64,000 bases of DNA, taken from an uncultured Acidobacteriota bacterium. GTDB taxonomy: Bacteria; Acidobacteriota; Vicinamibacteria; Vicinamibacterales; CAVVIG01. The stretch spans positions 51,891-115,890 of the forward strand of contig CAWFFB010000021.1 of the NCBI GenBank assembly GCA_963814975.1, read 5' to 3'. Positions 17,808 through 28,294 of this stretch are shown one piece after another (the first letter of the stretch is position 1; each line of letters begins with the position of its first letter). The notes under the pieces were generated by a model that saw nothing but the letters and a program-made list of their open reading frames with translations, was not told where the DNA came from and made no database searches. A program made the position numbers and the translations under genes.

Positions 17808-19433
17808 CTATTCCGGCCCCGGCGCAAGGTGCGGCTGTAGCTCCGCGAAGGCCGGTCCCGGCACCACCACGCACAGTACGGCACCGTCAGGCGTCTCCAC
17901 TCGGTACAGGGCGTCGTGGCGGTTCGCGAGGGCGCTGACGGCTTCCGCCGAGCCGCGATTCAGGAGCACGGCCAGCTGGTGAGGACGATGCGGGGGCGTG
18001 AAGTCCAGTTCGTGGAAGCGATCGGCATCGAGTTGAACGAGGTGCCACGGATTGCCGGAGATCGTGATGACCCGGCCCGATGAACGAGCCGTGCTGGCGC
18101 TCCAGGCGACGGCCCGTAGAACGCAGTTGCCCCAGTAGTCCATGTCGAACTTCGCAAAGGCCCCGCGGGGCCCGCCAACCAGCTCGTTGAAGTAGACCGT
18201 TTCATTTGGATGGAATCGTGCGTTGAACACGAGCACGTTGACGAGCCCCGCGATCAGCAACGCGGCCGCGCCTCGCCGCACCAGGGGACGGTGATGCTCC
18301 GAAAGCCACGCGGTCCATCCCGCCGCGGCGAGGACGACCAGGATCGGATAGATGAACAGCAGGTGGCGAACGCCGTCGTAGATGGTCGAGTCCTTGGCGA
18401 TGACCAGAAACACCGGAAAGGCGGCCATTGCCCAGAGCGCGGCGATCCGCGGCGACCACTGCCGATCGCGCGGGGCGACCGCAGACAGGATGGCCCCGGC
18501 GATGACGACAAGGGGAGTGGAAATGAGGAACCACCAGAGCGGGTAGTACCATGGGAGATTCGGCGCCGAATAGCTCCGTCCGTTGAACAGCACATACCCG
18601 CTCCACGAGTAATTCGAGGCGCCGAGCAGCGCTTTGAACGGTCGCGTGAGCGGTGCCCCCTGGGCCCACGGCCAGAAGACTGTACCGAGGAGCAGCACCG
18701 CTGAGGTGACGACAGCCAGGTGTACCGCCGTGCGCCCTAGCTGGCGCCAGTTCATGTTGCGCTCGGAGATGGCAAACGCCATGACCAGCAGGCCCAGGTA
18801 GCCGACATAAATCAGCGCCGCGGCCCGGACGTTGAGTGCGAGCGCCAGGGCGATGGCGATCTTGATCGCGCTCGTGCGCGAAAGGTACGGCCAGGTCGGC
18901 GAGATCGTCGAGAAATAGTAGAGGGCGACAACCGTCATCGCGGCAAACGGCAGATCCTTCGGGTTGTTCATCGAGTCGGCGAAGTACCTCGGCGAAACGG
19001 CCAGGAGGAGCATCGCCAGGATCCCCGCCCGGGTGCCGAACAGCCGTGCGGTGAGCCGTCCGCAGAACACGACACCGATCCAGCCAAAAATGGCGTTGAT
19101 CGCGTGACGGATCACATACCGATCTCCGGGCAGCCATCGCTCGACCGCCGCGCACAGGGTGTCGAAGAGACCGGAGTAGGAATTCCCTCCGTAGTCGTCG
19201 AAGGAGGAGCGGCTGCGAACGCCGCGGAGATACTCCCAGATCATCTCCCCATATCGGTGACGCGTTTTTTCATCCCACGTGACCCCGAAGTCGAACGAGG
19301 CCAGGACAAACATCGGGAGGAGGCCTGCGGCGAGGATCACGAAGATCCACCAGGCAGTGTCATGCCGCCTGTCAGGCTGCTCTGGTGGACGAGTGCTGTG
19401 CGCCGCTGCTGACGTCAAGAACGGGTAACGCAT
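17808..19433 (-). CDS. GT-C fold (ArnT/PMT-family) membrane glycosyltransferase
   Basis: DFGVTWDE acidic loop after TM1, PRYFADSMNNPKDLPFA, YDGVRHLLFIYP, FDMDYWG; many TM segments. Confidence 0.85.
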   Translation of the reverse strand: MRYPFLTSAAAHSTRPPEQPDRRHDTAWWIFVILAAGLLPMFVLASFDFGVTWDEKTRHRYGEMIWEYLRGVRSRSSFDDYGGNSYSGLFDTLCAAVERWLPGDRYVIRHAINAIFGWIGVVFCGRLTARLFGTRAGILAMLLLAVSPRYFADSMNNPKDLPFAAMTVVALYYFSTISPTWPYLSRTSAIKIAIALALALNVRAAALIYVGYLGLLVMAFAISERNMNWRQLGRTAVHLAVVTSAVLLLGTVFWPWAQGAPLTRPFKALLGASNYSWSGYVLFNGRSYSAPNLPWYYPLWWFLISTPLVVIAGAILSAVAPRDRQWSPRIAALWAMAAFPVFLVIAKDSTIYDGVRHLLFIYPILVVLAAAGWTAWLSEHHRPLVRRGAAALLIAGLVNVLVFNARFHPNETVYFNELVGGPRGAFAKFDMDYWGNCVLRAVAWSASTARSSGRVITISGNPWHLVQLDADRFHELDFTPPHRPHQLAVLLNRGSAEAVSALANRHDALYRVETPDGAVLCVVVPGPAFAELQPHLAPGPE

Positions 19434-19576
19434 CTGGGGAGAAGCTGCTGATCCGACGCGCTGACTGCGGGTCGCGAGTAAGATACCCTGTCTACCGTGC
19501 GATTGACAGAGGCCGCCGGCCCCGTGAGCCGCAGCTGGACAAGGCAAGAAAAGCGCGGAGTTGGAGACGTGCAGCC

Positions 19577-20563
19577 GTGGGATCTCTCCCCATCGAAGGC
19601 CTGAAGTCCGATCAGTCCGCCGGCGAGACCGCCGGCCGTCCATCCCGCCGACGTTGGCTGATCTCCCTCGCGGCAGTCGCCCTCGTGGCAGCTGTCGCCG
19701 CCCAGCTCTTCACGCGACCCGAGGAGCTGACGCATTTCCGGCGCCTGTCGGTCAGCGTGCTGTTGACGGCGGTGCTGGCTCAGTGCGTGTCGCAGCTTCT
19801 TTGGAACGCCGCAACGCTTCTGCCGCTCCGGACGTATGTGAAAGACATCGGGTTCTGGGAGCTGTTGATGTTGCGGACGGGAGGTTTCGTCGTGGGTAGC
19901 GTCGTTCCGGTGGCGGGCAATTTTGCCCTGCGCATGACCTATCTTCGACGTCGCGGCCTCTCGTACGCCGACTTCACCTGGGCGACCATCCTGAGCAATG
20001 TCATGCTTCTTTTTTCCGGGACAGTGCTCGCTTGTTTCGGAGTGGCCGTTCTGTGGGCCCTGGCCGGCACTCCTGAGGCTCCGGTCCTGCTTCTCACGGG
20101 GGGCGTCTTGGCCGTTGGTGTGGCGGCGCTGGTCGTCACCGCGCTCTTGCCACGCATTGGTGCCCATCCGCTGCTTCAGCGATGGCCCAGGCTTGCCGCG
20201 CTCAGTGATTTCAAGGCGAGCCGCCGGACGATGGCCTGGGTTTTGGCGCTCTCGCTGATTCGCCACGGCTTCAGTTTTCTCGCGTTCGGGATGCTGTATC
20301 AATCCCTGTCTCCGGCGTCGGGCGGATTTCTCACCGGCGGGTTGATCTACGCGATCAGCAGTCCCAGCAGGGTGGTGGCCATCACGCCGGGGAACAATAT
20401 TGGACTCAACGAGTGGGTGGTGGCGCTGATCGGGAAAGTGCTCTCCGTGGACCTGACAACGGGCTTGATCGTTGCGCTGGTGTTCCGGGGCGTCTCTCTC
20501 GCCGCTCAGGCGCTGGGTGTGATCATCGGGGCGACGTGGCTTGCCATCGGGGGGGCTCCCTGA
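19577..20563 (+). CDS. LPG-synthase TM (UPF0104/AglD2-like) flippase-domain membrane protein; start uncertain
   Basis: About 8 TM segments, GSVVPVAGNFALRMTYL, ITPGNNIGLNEW, ALVFRGVS. Confidence 0.75.
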   Translation: MGSLPIEGLKSDQSAGETAGRPSRRRWLISLAAVALVAAVAAQLFTRPEELTHFRRLSVSVLLTAVLAQCVSQLLWNAATLLPLRTYVKDIGFWELLMLRTGGFVVGSVVPVAGNFALRMTYLRRRGLSYADFTWATILSNVMLLFSGTVLACFGVAVLWALAGTPEAPVLLLTGGVLAVGVAALVVTALLPRIGAHPLLQRWPRLAALSDFKASRRTMAWVLALSLIRHGFSFLAFGMLYQSLSPASGGFLTGGLIYAISSPSRVVAITPGNNIGLNEWVVALIGKVLSVDLTTGLIVALVFRGVSLAAQALGVIIGATWLAIGGAP

Positions 20564-20575
20564 TCGCGGCCTGGC

Positions 20576-21361
20576 TCAGCTTTTTGTTCCGATGTGATAG
20601 GGCAGAAACTCACCGTCCGCGCCTTGCGCAGCCTGGGGCGGAGCGCATACGGTCCTGATGCTGAACCCGGCTTCCGCGAGCGTGGTAGCGAAGTCTTGTC
20701 CGAATTCCCACAGGTGGCCGTAACCGTAGAAAGTTTCGCTCCGGTCCGGGCGGCTCTCTGGGAGGTGCTCGGTCTGCGGGACGGCGACGATGCTGGCGCC
20801 TCCGGGTTTGAGAATCCGGTAGAGTTCCTGGATCGCCTTCCGGTAGTCTCGGACGTGCTCCAGGGTATGACAGCAGATGACGACGTCCACCGAGGCATCC
20901 GGGAGTTGAATGTTGGTGAGATCGGAAACCACGTCACTGTCCTTGTATCGATCGACCGTCAGGTAGGTCACGTCCGGAAACCGTTCGAAGTATTTTCGCG
21001 TGCATTTCGCCGCTCCCGCGTCCGCAACCGTCATCGCCTTTCCCGACGAGAAGTCCACGTGGTCGCCCAGGATTCGAAGGAGCGATCGCGTGCGATGGTT
21101 GGATCGGCAGTGCAGGCAGATGTCATCCGCGCGGAACGCGTGCACGGAGATCGCTGTCGCGTACCCGAACCGCCGGCTGGCCTTCCCGCAGACATTGCAG
21201 ATCGCATTGGATCTGGGCCGGATCCGGTCGGCAACGGTGAGACCGCCGTTCAGCATGCGAGCGAGAATGTTCGTGGGCAGCGAAAGAGGATGGCTGTAGA
21301 CAGCCGCCGGCGACCGTGGATGAAGGAAGACCAGGAGGCCGAGCTTCACTTGCTTGAGCAT
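20576..21361 (-). CDS. Class I SAM-dependent methyltransferase with an N-terminal Zn-ribbon-like CxxC pair
   Basis: CNVC...CLHCRSNHRTR, DLTNIQLPDASVDVVICCHTLEHV, ELYRILKPGG. Confidence 0.88.
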   Translation of the reverse strand: MLKQVKLGLLVFLHPRSPAAVYSHPLSLPTNILARMLNGGLTVADRIRPRSNAICNVCGKASRRFGYATAISVHAFRADDICLHCRSNHRTRSLLRILGDHVDFSSGKAMTVADAGAAKCTRKYFERFPDVTYLTVDRYKDSDVVSDLTNIQLPDASVDVVICCHTLEHVRDYRKAIQELYRILKPGGASIVAVPQTEHLPESRPDRSETFYGYGHLWEFGQDFATTLAEAGFSIRTVCAPPQAAQGADGEFLPYHIGTKS

Positions 21362-21468
21362 CGTCTATGGCCGGCGCGGCGCGGCGAACGATGATCCTGG
21401 CAACGCGGGCATTATCTTACAGTCGGATTGCTGACGCCAGGAGGAAGGTCTTCCCCTGACGATCGTCG

Positions 21469-22379
21469 ATGAGCCACCGATCTCTCGCACTCCCGGCGAT
21501 TTCAGTTATCATTCCCTTCCGGAACGCTCGAGGGCAGTTGCCCACGATCGTCGATGCCCTGAAGCGTCAGACGCTGGATCAGTCCAGGTTCGAGGTCATC
21601 TGGATCGACGATGCCTCCCGGGACGGGGAGGGGATTGGCTCCGAGAGTGTCTGCTTCCGGGTTGGCAGCTCCTCGTTCAGCCGAAATCGACGGGCTCGTA
21701 TGCGGCACGCAACACCGGCCTGCGAACGGCGGTGGGCGACAATGTGGCGTTCACGGATGTCGACTGTCGCCCCGATGAGCAGTGGCTTGAACAGGGCCTC
21801 GCGGCGCTCAGCGCGTCGCCGCGCGTCGCGGGCCGGATTCATCTCGAATTGTCGCGGGACCCTTCGATCGCCGAGCTCGTCGATGCGAGCAGGTTCCTTC
21901 GCCAGCGTCAGTACGTCCAGGAGGGCTTTGCCGCGACCGCCAATCTTTTTGTTCGCCGGGACGTGTTCGACCTCGTGGGGGGGTTCGACGAGCACCTGCA
22001 GTCAGGTGGCGACCACGAATTCGGCTGGCGATGCTCCCGGGCGGGGCTTCCGATCGTGTATGCGGAGCATGTTGTCGTCGCACACCCGGCACGGGCGTCG
22101 CTTCGGGAGCTGCTTCGGAAGGGTGAGCGGGTCGGATACGGAATCGGCCAAATCGTTCGGCGGCGGGGCATGTCGGCAGGAGCGCTCGCCCGGAGCGGTT
22201 TCGATCGGCTGACGCTCGTACGGAAGCGGCCCCTCGACGAACGACGCATCCGGACGGTCGGTCTGACCAGGTCGGTTCTCGTCACCGCTGTTCATCTCCT
22301 GTTACTGGTCGCGACGATTCTTGGTTGTCTGAAGGGCCTTGTTGCGCATGAATCTTCCCAGCTTTTCCCTGGTCATTGA
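21469..22379 (+). CDS. GT2 glycosyltransferase (frameshift near 21630)
   Basis: ISVIIPFRN, WIDDASRD, then in the other frame AFTDVDC, ATANLFVRR, GGFDE, GGDHEF. Confidence 0.85.
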
Positions 22380-23382
22380 GACGGCCAATCTTTCAATGGC
22401 GGAGCTCGACGGCTTGCGGGGCACGCTCGAGTCGATGTCCGCTCAGTCGGTGCCCATTCAGGGCGCCGCGGAAGTGTTTCTTGTCGACAGCGGGGATGTG
22501 CCGGAAGAGGTTCTTCAGAGCATGTTGAGCGCGTATCCCTGGATCCGCGCGATCCGGCTTCCTGGGACCGTCGGCTACGAGGAGCTCAAGATGGCCGGCG
22601 CGAATGCGTCCACCGGCGAGGTGGTCATTTTCGCGGATGGCGATTGCTACTATGAGCCGCAATGGCTCGAGGCGATGCTCGCGCCTTTTGTCGACCCTTC
22701 CGTTCACGTCGTCGGCGGCGCAACGGAGATCGATCCGACCGGGGCTTTCGGGCTCGGGTCGGCCGTGGCGTTCAGCTTTCCAGACCGGCAGCTGTCGAGT
22801 GGCCCGTACAGGACCGACAGGTACCACCTCAACAACGTGGCGTTTCGACGGTCGCTGCTGGAGAGCTTTCCCATTCCGTCGCGGCGACGCTGCTATCGAA
22901 TGGGTGCGTTGCATGCCGCGATTCTCCGGGGCTCCGGCTACACCATCTGGCGGCAGCCTTTGGCAGGCGCTCGACACACGCCTCCGAATGGGTTTTCACA
23001 CTTCATGTGGCGGTTTCTGATGTTCGGGCACGACGGGATCGTCGTGCCACGCCTGATTGCCGCCGAAACCCGGACGCTGGGCCTGCCGCCCGAGGAAAGC
23101 CAAAGGACGCTCAATCTCCTGCGCCGCTGGGTCGTGCAATCAACGGCAAAGCTCGCCAAGGAATTGCGCCGCCAGCCTTCTCGCGTCGTGAGCCTGCCGA
23201 TCGTCGTGATGGTTATCGGGGCGGCGGCCGCATTCCAGGCGGCGGGGGCGCTGGGGGGGCTCGTAGCTTCGAAGCGGTTGCTGGAGGCCATGCCGGAGGA
23301 CATGCTGCGGGCGAGCACCTGCGAGCCCGATGACGCGATGTCGCGCCCTCCGCTGCTGGGAACGCCGGCAAGGAAGGTCTAG
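22348..23382 (+). CDS. GT2 glycosyltransferase
   Basis: FSLVIET, FLVDSG, IFADGDC (DXD), NNVAFRR and a C-terminal TM segment. Confidence 0.85.
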   Translation: MNLPSFSLVIETANLSMAELDGLRGTLESMSAQSVPIQGAAEVFLVDSGDVPEEVLQSMLSAYPWIRAIRLPGTVGYEELKMAGANASTGEVVIFADGDCYYEPQWLEAMLAPFVDPSVHVVGGATEIDPTGAFGLGSAVAFSFPDRQLSSGPYRTDRYHLNNVAFRRSLLESFPIPSRRRCYRMGALHAAILRGSGYTIWRQPLAGARHTPPNGFSHFMWRFLMFGHDGIVVPRLIAAETRTLGLPPEESQRTLNLLRRWVVQSTAKLAKELRRQPSRVVSLPIVVMVIGAAAAFQAAGALGGLVASKRLLEAMPEDMLRASTCEPDDAMSRPPLLGTPARKV

Positions 23383-23401
23383 CGCTCGCTGAGCGCGCCG
23401 G

Positions 23402-23839
23402 CTAGCGCTTCTCAGGATGCTTCTGGCGCCACTCGTCGCTGGCCTGAATCCCCGCCGTCACCTTCTGGCGCGCCGCGGCATCGTCGGCTCCGGCAAGCCG
23501 TTCGGCCAGGTAGACATCGAACAGCCAGGCGCCGATGCCCTCGAAGTCCGGGTGCTTGTCGATCCAGAGTCCTTCAGGCCTCTTCAAGCCCTCGTCCGAC
23601 TGATAAAACGAGTGCAGCCACTGTCCGGCCGCGATCATGTCGTGCCGGCGGTCGCGCACGGCGTCCACGACAAGCTTCGCGGCGCGCCGATCCACACGCT
23701 GCTGCAGTTCTGCCGGATCGATCCTCGTCCGCTCCAGTTCGGATCGGAGATCCCGATTGTTCAGGTACTGCACGCAGACAGTCACTCCCAGCACCGCGAC
23801 CGCGCTGAGCCAGATACGCTGGCGCGTCTTCTCGTTCAT
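23402..23839 (-). CDS. Membrane-anchored hypothetical protein
   Basis: N-terminal TM segment, coiled coil, then WLHSFYQSDEGLKRPEGLWIDKHPDFEGIGAWLFDVYL...IQASDEWRQKHP; GAGGA RBS. Confidence 0.8.
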   Translation of the reverse strand: MNEKTRQRIWLSAVAVLGVTVCVQYLNNRDLRSELERTRIDPAELQQRVDRRAAKLVVDAVRDRRHDMIAAGQWLHSFYQSDEGLKRPEGLWIDKHPDFEGIGAWLFDVYLAERLAGADDAAARQKVTAGIQASDEWRQKHPEKR

Positions 23840-23920
23840 GGATTCCTCTTCTGCACGGGCCCCCGTGCACCGTGCGTCGCCTGATCCTACACAATTGCCG
23901 GGAGCCGCCGTGTCCCATCC

Positions 23921-25301
23921 TCAGCCCTCGACCTTGCGGTACACCACGTCCCCCGTCGGGGTGATGACGCCGATCCAGGGCGACGCGGGGTCGATGCGAC
24001 CGCCAAGAATCTTGTAGATGTACGCTGGATCGCTGGTCTTGGGGAGCGCGAATTCCGTCACGATCTCCCGCATGGGCTGTCCCATGCTCGCGATCTTGCG
24101 CGAGGCTTCCACCAGGACGCCGTACTCCGGCAGCCTGTGCATCGTGGCCGCGAAGCGCAGGCGTGCCGGCACGAGCGCAACCGCCCCAACAAGCAGCGCG
24201 ATGCCAACGACAGGGGCCAGGCGATGGGATGATGGGGGCGTGACAGCCAGCACAATCGTCAGGACCGACGCGGGCATCAGCGACAGATAGTAATAGTTGT
24301 CCAGATCGTCGAGAAACAGCGCGTAGCCGACGAGGGCCGCGATCTGAGGCAGCAGCGTGATGGTCAAGAGCGTCGGATCGCGGCGGTACCGGACAGCGAC
24401 CACCCCTGCACTTGCGAGCAGTGCCCACCCGAGAAAAGTCACGCGCCACGGAGCGCCTTCGATGAAGGTGAACGCGGTGGCATAGCCGCTCACGCTCTTG
24501 CCGAACTCCGGCAGGGCGCTGCCCGTGACAATGCGCAGCACGCTGCCCGTCACGGCGCCCATCGCGCTGTCGTCGAATCGATGCAACAGTTGATAGGCGA
24601 GGTACGGCAGCTGAAGGACCGCCACGACGGCCGCGATGATCCACGCGTTGCGCATCATGGTGCGCCGATCGCGCTCGGACGAACGGATCGACGAGAAGGG
24701 CAGCGAAGACGCTTGCCGCGACGAAGATCGCGCCGGTATACGCGTGCACCGCGATCCACGCCAGCGCCGCGGTGAGCGCGACGCGCATCGCCGACTTCCG
24801 GGGCCAGTCCAGCAAGACCAGGGCGGTTACCGCCTTGGCCAGCGTCGATCCGAGGACCGGATTCCAGACGAGCGCAGACAGGCACACATCGTATGCGGCC
24901 GTGGCCAGCACAACCACCGCTGTGACCGCGATCCAGACTGACCGCGTGCGATGCCAGATCGCGGCGAGCAGAAGCGTGTCGGCGGCGGACTGGAGAATCG
25001 CCTGGCCGATGCCGCCCGCATGCGGCATGTTCTGGTACCACGGTCCGACGAGGACGCGAATCGCCCACAGGATCCAGTAGAACGCCGGGCCGATCGTGTA
25101 GCCGCCGACGTGCGTGGCAGGTCCCACGAGCGGCAGGTCGGTGAACGGACGAAGGGCGATCGTCCAGTCCCGGATCTGGTCGCCGAGCAGCCAGAAGTGT
25201 GTGCTGATCCCGCGAACGCGGACGATCAACGTGAACGCGAACGCGACACCGAGAAGCGTGACCCGCAGGGCACCGCTCCATTTGTGCAAGCCTGGGTTCA
25301 T
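23921..25301 (-). CDS. GT-C-like membrane protein (frameshift near 24665)
   Basis: TM1 followed by FWLLGDQIRDW, PLVGP, IGPAFYWIL, WNP; the C-terminal half continues in ORF 23921..24658. Confidence 0.75.
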
Positions 25302-25404
25302 GCGGCTGTGTGCGCCGCATCTTAACAGTCCGTGGTGACGCCCTGCCATCTGCTACGATGCCATGTGCGCTCGAACGACTCACTGGTGGGTTTGCCGACC
25401 CTGG

Positions 25405-25595
25405 TAGCCGCGCCTGGCACAATCGGGCGCGATTGGTGGCGAATTGGCGGCGCGCTTGAGTCGGGCAGCGGGATTTCGGAACGTCCTGGCCCACGCTGCG
25501 ATCAGCTCGACATGGTCCGCGTCTTCCGGCCCGCGAAGGACGGTCCGGCCGATCTACGCGCGTTGCTGGCGGCGCTGCGGAATCGACCGGGTTAG
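25405..25595 (+). pseudogene. Remnant of a HepT/DUF86 (HEPN) toxin
   Basis: LAQSGAIGGELAARLSRAAGFRNVLAHA-(frameshift)-DQLDMVRVFRPAKDGPADLRALLAAL* carries the RxxxxH HEPN motif; the N-terminal half is missing. Confidence 0.65.
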
Positions 25596-25661
25596 CTCGG
25601 TTCCGAATCCCATCCCCGTGGTACAATCCGCCCTCTCCTCGAAGCGTATCGGGAGTCTTAG

Positions 25662-26654
25662 TTGGCCAAACGCGCATTCATTACCGGCATTACCGGACAG
25701 GACGGGTCGTACCTCGCGGAGCTCCTCCTCGAGAAGGGGTACGAGGTGTTCGGCATGGTCCGCCGCTCGAGCACGCCGGCAACCTGGCGCATTGCGCACC
25801 TGCTGGATCGGCTCACGTTGAAGCCGGCCGATCTGCTGGATCAGTTGTCGCTCCTGCGGCTGATCGACGAGGTGCGGCCGCACGAAGTCTACAATCTGGC
25901 GGCCATGTCGTTCGTGCCGGCTTCCTGGGATCAGCCGGTGCTGACCGGCGAGTTCAACTCGCAGGGGGTGACCCGCATGCTCGACGCGATCCGCCACGTC
26001 GATCCCGCCATCCGGTTCTACCAGGCCTCCTCGAGCGAGATGTTCGGCAAGGTCCGCGAGGTGCCGCAGACCGAGTTGACGCCGTTCTACCCGCGCAGCC
26101 CGTACGGCGTCTCCAAGGTGTTCGCGCACTACATCACGGTGAACTACCGGGAAAGCTACGGGTTGTTCGCGGTGTCGGGGATGCTCTTCAACCACGAGTC
26201 GCCCCGGCGCGGCCTCGAGTTCGTGACGCGCAAGGTGACCGACGGCGCCGCACGGATCAAGCTGGGGCTGGCGGACACGCTGTCGATCGGCAACCTGGAT
26301 GCCCATCGCGACTGGGGATTCGCCGGCGACTACGTCGTCGCCATGTGGATGATGCTGCAGCAGGATCGCCCGGACGACTACGTGGTCGCCACCGGTGTGA
26401 GTCACTCGGTGCGTGAGCTGATCGAGGTCGCATTTGCCCATGCCGGCCTCGATTGGCAGGAGCACGTCCGCGTCGATCCGGCGCTGCTGCGGCCCGCCGA
26501 GGTCGAGCATCTGCTCGGCGACGCGTCGAAAGCGCGCGCGCAGCTCGGATGGACCCCGGCCGTCGACTTCAAGCAGCTCGTCGAGATGATGGTGGACGCC
26601 GACGTCGCGCGTCTGGGCGCCGCCGCACCGGTCGAGCAGCTGCCGGTGCGATAG
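25662..26654 (+). CDS. gmd: GDP-mannose 4,6-dehydratase
   Basis: [67 protein letters not shown]. Confidence 0.97.
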   Translation: MAKRAFITGITGQDGSYLAELLLEKGYEVFGMVRRSSTPATWRIAHLLDRLTLKPADLLDQLSLLRLIDEVRPHEVYNLAAMSFVPASWDQPVLTGEFNSQGVTRMLDAIRHVDPAIRFYQASSSEMFGKVREVPQTELTPFYPRSPYGVSKVFAHYITVNYRESYGLFAVSGMLFNHESPRRGLEFVTRKVTDGAARIKLGLADTLSIGNLDAHRDWGFAGDYVVAMWMMLQQDRPDDYVVATGVSHSVRELIEVAFAHAGLDWQEHVRVDPALLRPAEVEHLLGDASKARAQLGWTPAVDFKQLVEMMVDADVARLGAAAPVEQLPVR

Positions 26655-26699
26655 CCATCCCACGGTTTCTTCTCTGCGATAATCCAAGACCGCAAGGAT

Positions 26700-26745
26700 T
26701 ACGTGGTCTTCCGGCTTCAGCCGCCTGCGGGAGCGCCGGAAGAGG
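26700..26745. repeat. REP-like palindrome
   Basis: gtggtcttccggcttcagccg...gccggaag. Confidence 0.45.
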
Positions 26746-26798
26746 CTGTGAAGAACTCGCCTGCGCCTGCGCTACGATAACAGAGGGATTACAACACA

Positions 26799-28111
26799 TT
26801 GACCACATCTGAAACAGACACCATCGTCGAGCGCATCCGAACAAAACAGGCCAAGATTGGCATCATCGGTCTGGGGTACGTCGGGCTGCCGCTCGCGGTG
26901 GAATTTGCGCGTGCCGGCTTCGACGTCACCGGCTTCGACGTGGAAGCGGCGAAGAACACGCTGATCAACGCCGGCCGCAGCTATCATTCCGGACGTGCCC
27001 GACGCCGACGTCGACGCCATGGTCACGGCCGGACGGCTGCGCGCGACGGCCGACATGAGCCAGCTGGGGGCCATGGACGCCATCGACATCTGCGTCCCCA
27101 CTCCGCTCAGGAAAACGAAGGATCCCGACCTTTCGTATGTCGTCAAGGCGGTCGAAGCCGTTGCCGCCTCGCTCAGACCGCGGACAGCTGATCGTCCTCG
27201 AGTCGACGACCTATCCAGGGACGACGGAAGAGGTCGTCCAACCCATGCTCGAGGCTGGCGGATTGAAGGCCGACGTCGATTTCCTGCTCGCGTTCTCGCC
27301 TGAGCGTGTCGACCCTGGGAACGCGCAACATACGACGCGAACGATTCCGAAGGTCGTCGGCGGCCTTGGACGGTCGAGCACGGAAGCCGCCTTCTCGTTG
27401 TACGCCTCCGTCGTCGAAACGGTCGTCCCGGTCGGCCTCGACCCGTGTCGCCGAGATGGTCAAGCTGCTCGAGAACACGTTCCGGGCGGTGAACATCGGC
27501 CTGGTCAACGAAATCGCACTGATGTGTCACAAGATGGACATCGACGTCTGGGAAGTGATCGAGGCGGCGAAGACCAAGCCGTTCGGCTTCATGCCGTTCT
27601 ACCCCGGCCCCGGTCTGGGCGGACACTGCATTCCGATCGATCCGTTCTACCTGTCGTGGAAAGCCCGCCAGAATGGCTTCGAGTGCCGCTTCATCGAGCT
27701 GGCTGGTCAGGTGAACAGCGCCATGCCGGAGTATGTCGTGCAGCGCATCTCCGAAGCACTGAATTCGGTGAAGAAGGCGATCAACGGGTCGCGATCCACG
27801 TGTTCGGGGTGGCTTACAAGAAGGACGTCGGCGACGTGCGCGAATCGCCAGCACTGGATATCATCGAGTTGCTCGTGCGACGCGGCGCCAACGTGACGTA
27901 TACAGACCCATACGTGCCGACGTTGTCACACGCCGGCCATCACCTCGAATCGGTGCCGTTCGGCCTGGCGATCAACTCTCCGTGTGACTGCGGAGTGATT
28001 GCAACCGACCACCGGACGTTCGACTACGCGCGCATCGCCGGTCTGGGGCTCATGGTTGACACGCGCAACGCGCTCAGAGGCTTCCCGCAGTCGTCGATAT
28101 TCCGCATATAA
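26799..28111 (+). CDS. Nucleotide-sugar 6-dehydrogenase (WbpA/WecC/TviB-like; several frameshifts)
   Basis: [63 protein letters not shown] (catalytic Cys), [13 protein letters not shown]. Confidence 0.9.
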
Positions 28112-28137
28112 GCGCCTGCGAAAGAGTCGCTCCTGAT

Positions 28138-28271
28138 GTAGTGCGCACCTTTCCGTTTTCGCTCGCACGATTTCGGGCGAGCTTCCGCCGTCGCTAAAGC
28201 TTCGGCCCGCCGTAGCCTTGGCGGAGGCTGGTCGGCGGGGCGCGCTGAAGCGCCGAAGGCGCGAAGGCGGA
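28138..28271. repeat. Nested REP-like palindromes
   Basis: gtagtgcgcacctt; ccgccgtcgctaaagcttcggc; cccgccgtagccttggcggaggctgg; gaagcgccgaaggcgcgaaggcgg. Confidence 0.65.
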
Positions 28272-28294
28272 AGGGCTGCACTGCGGCGATCTCT

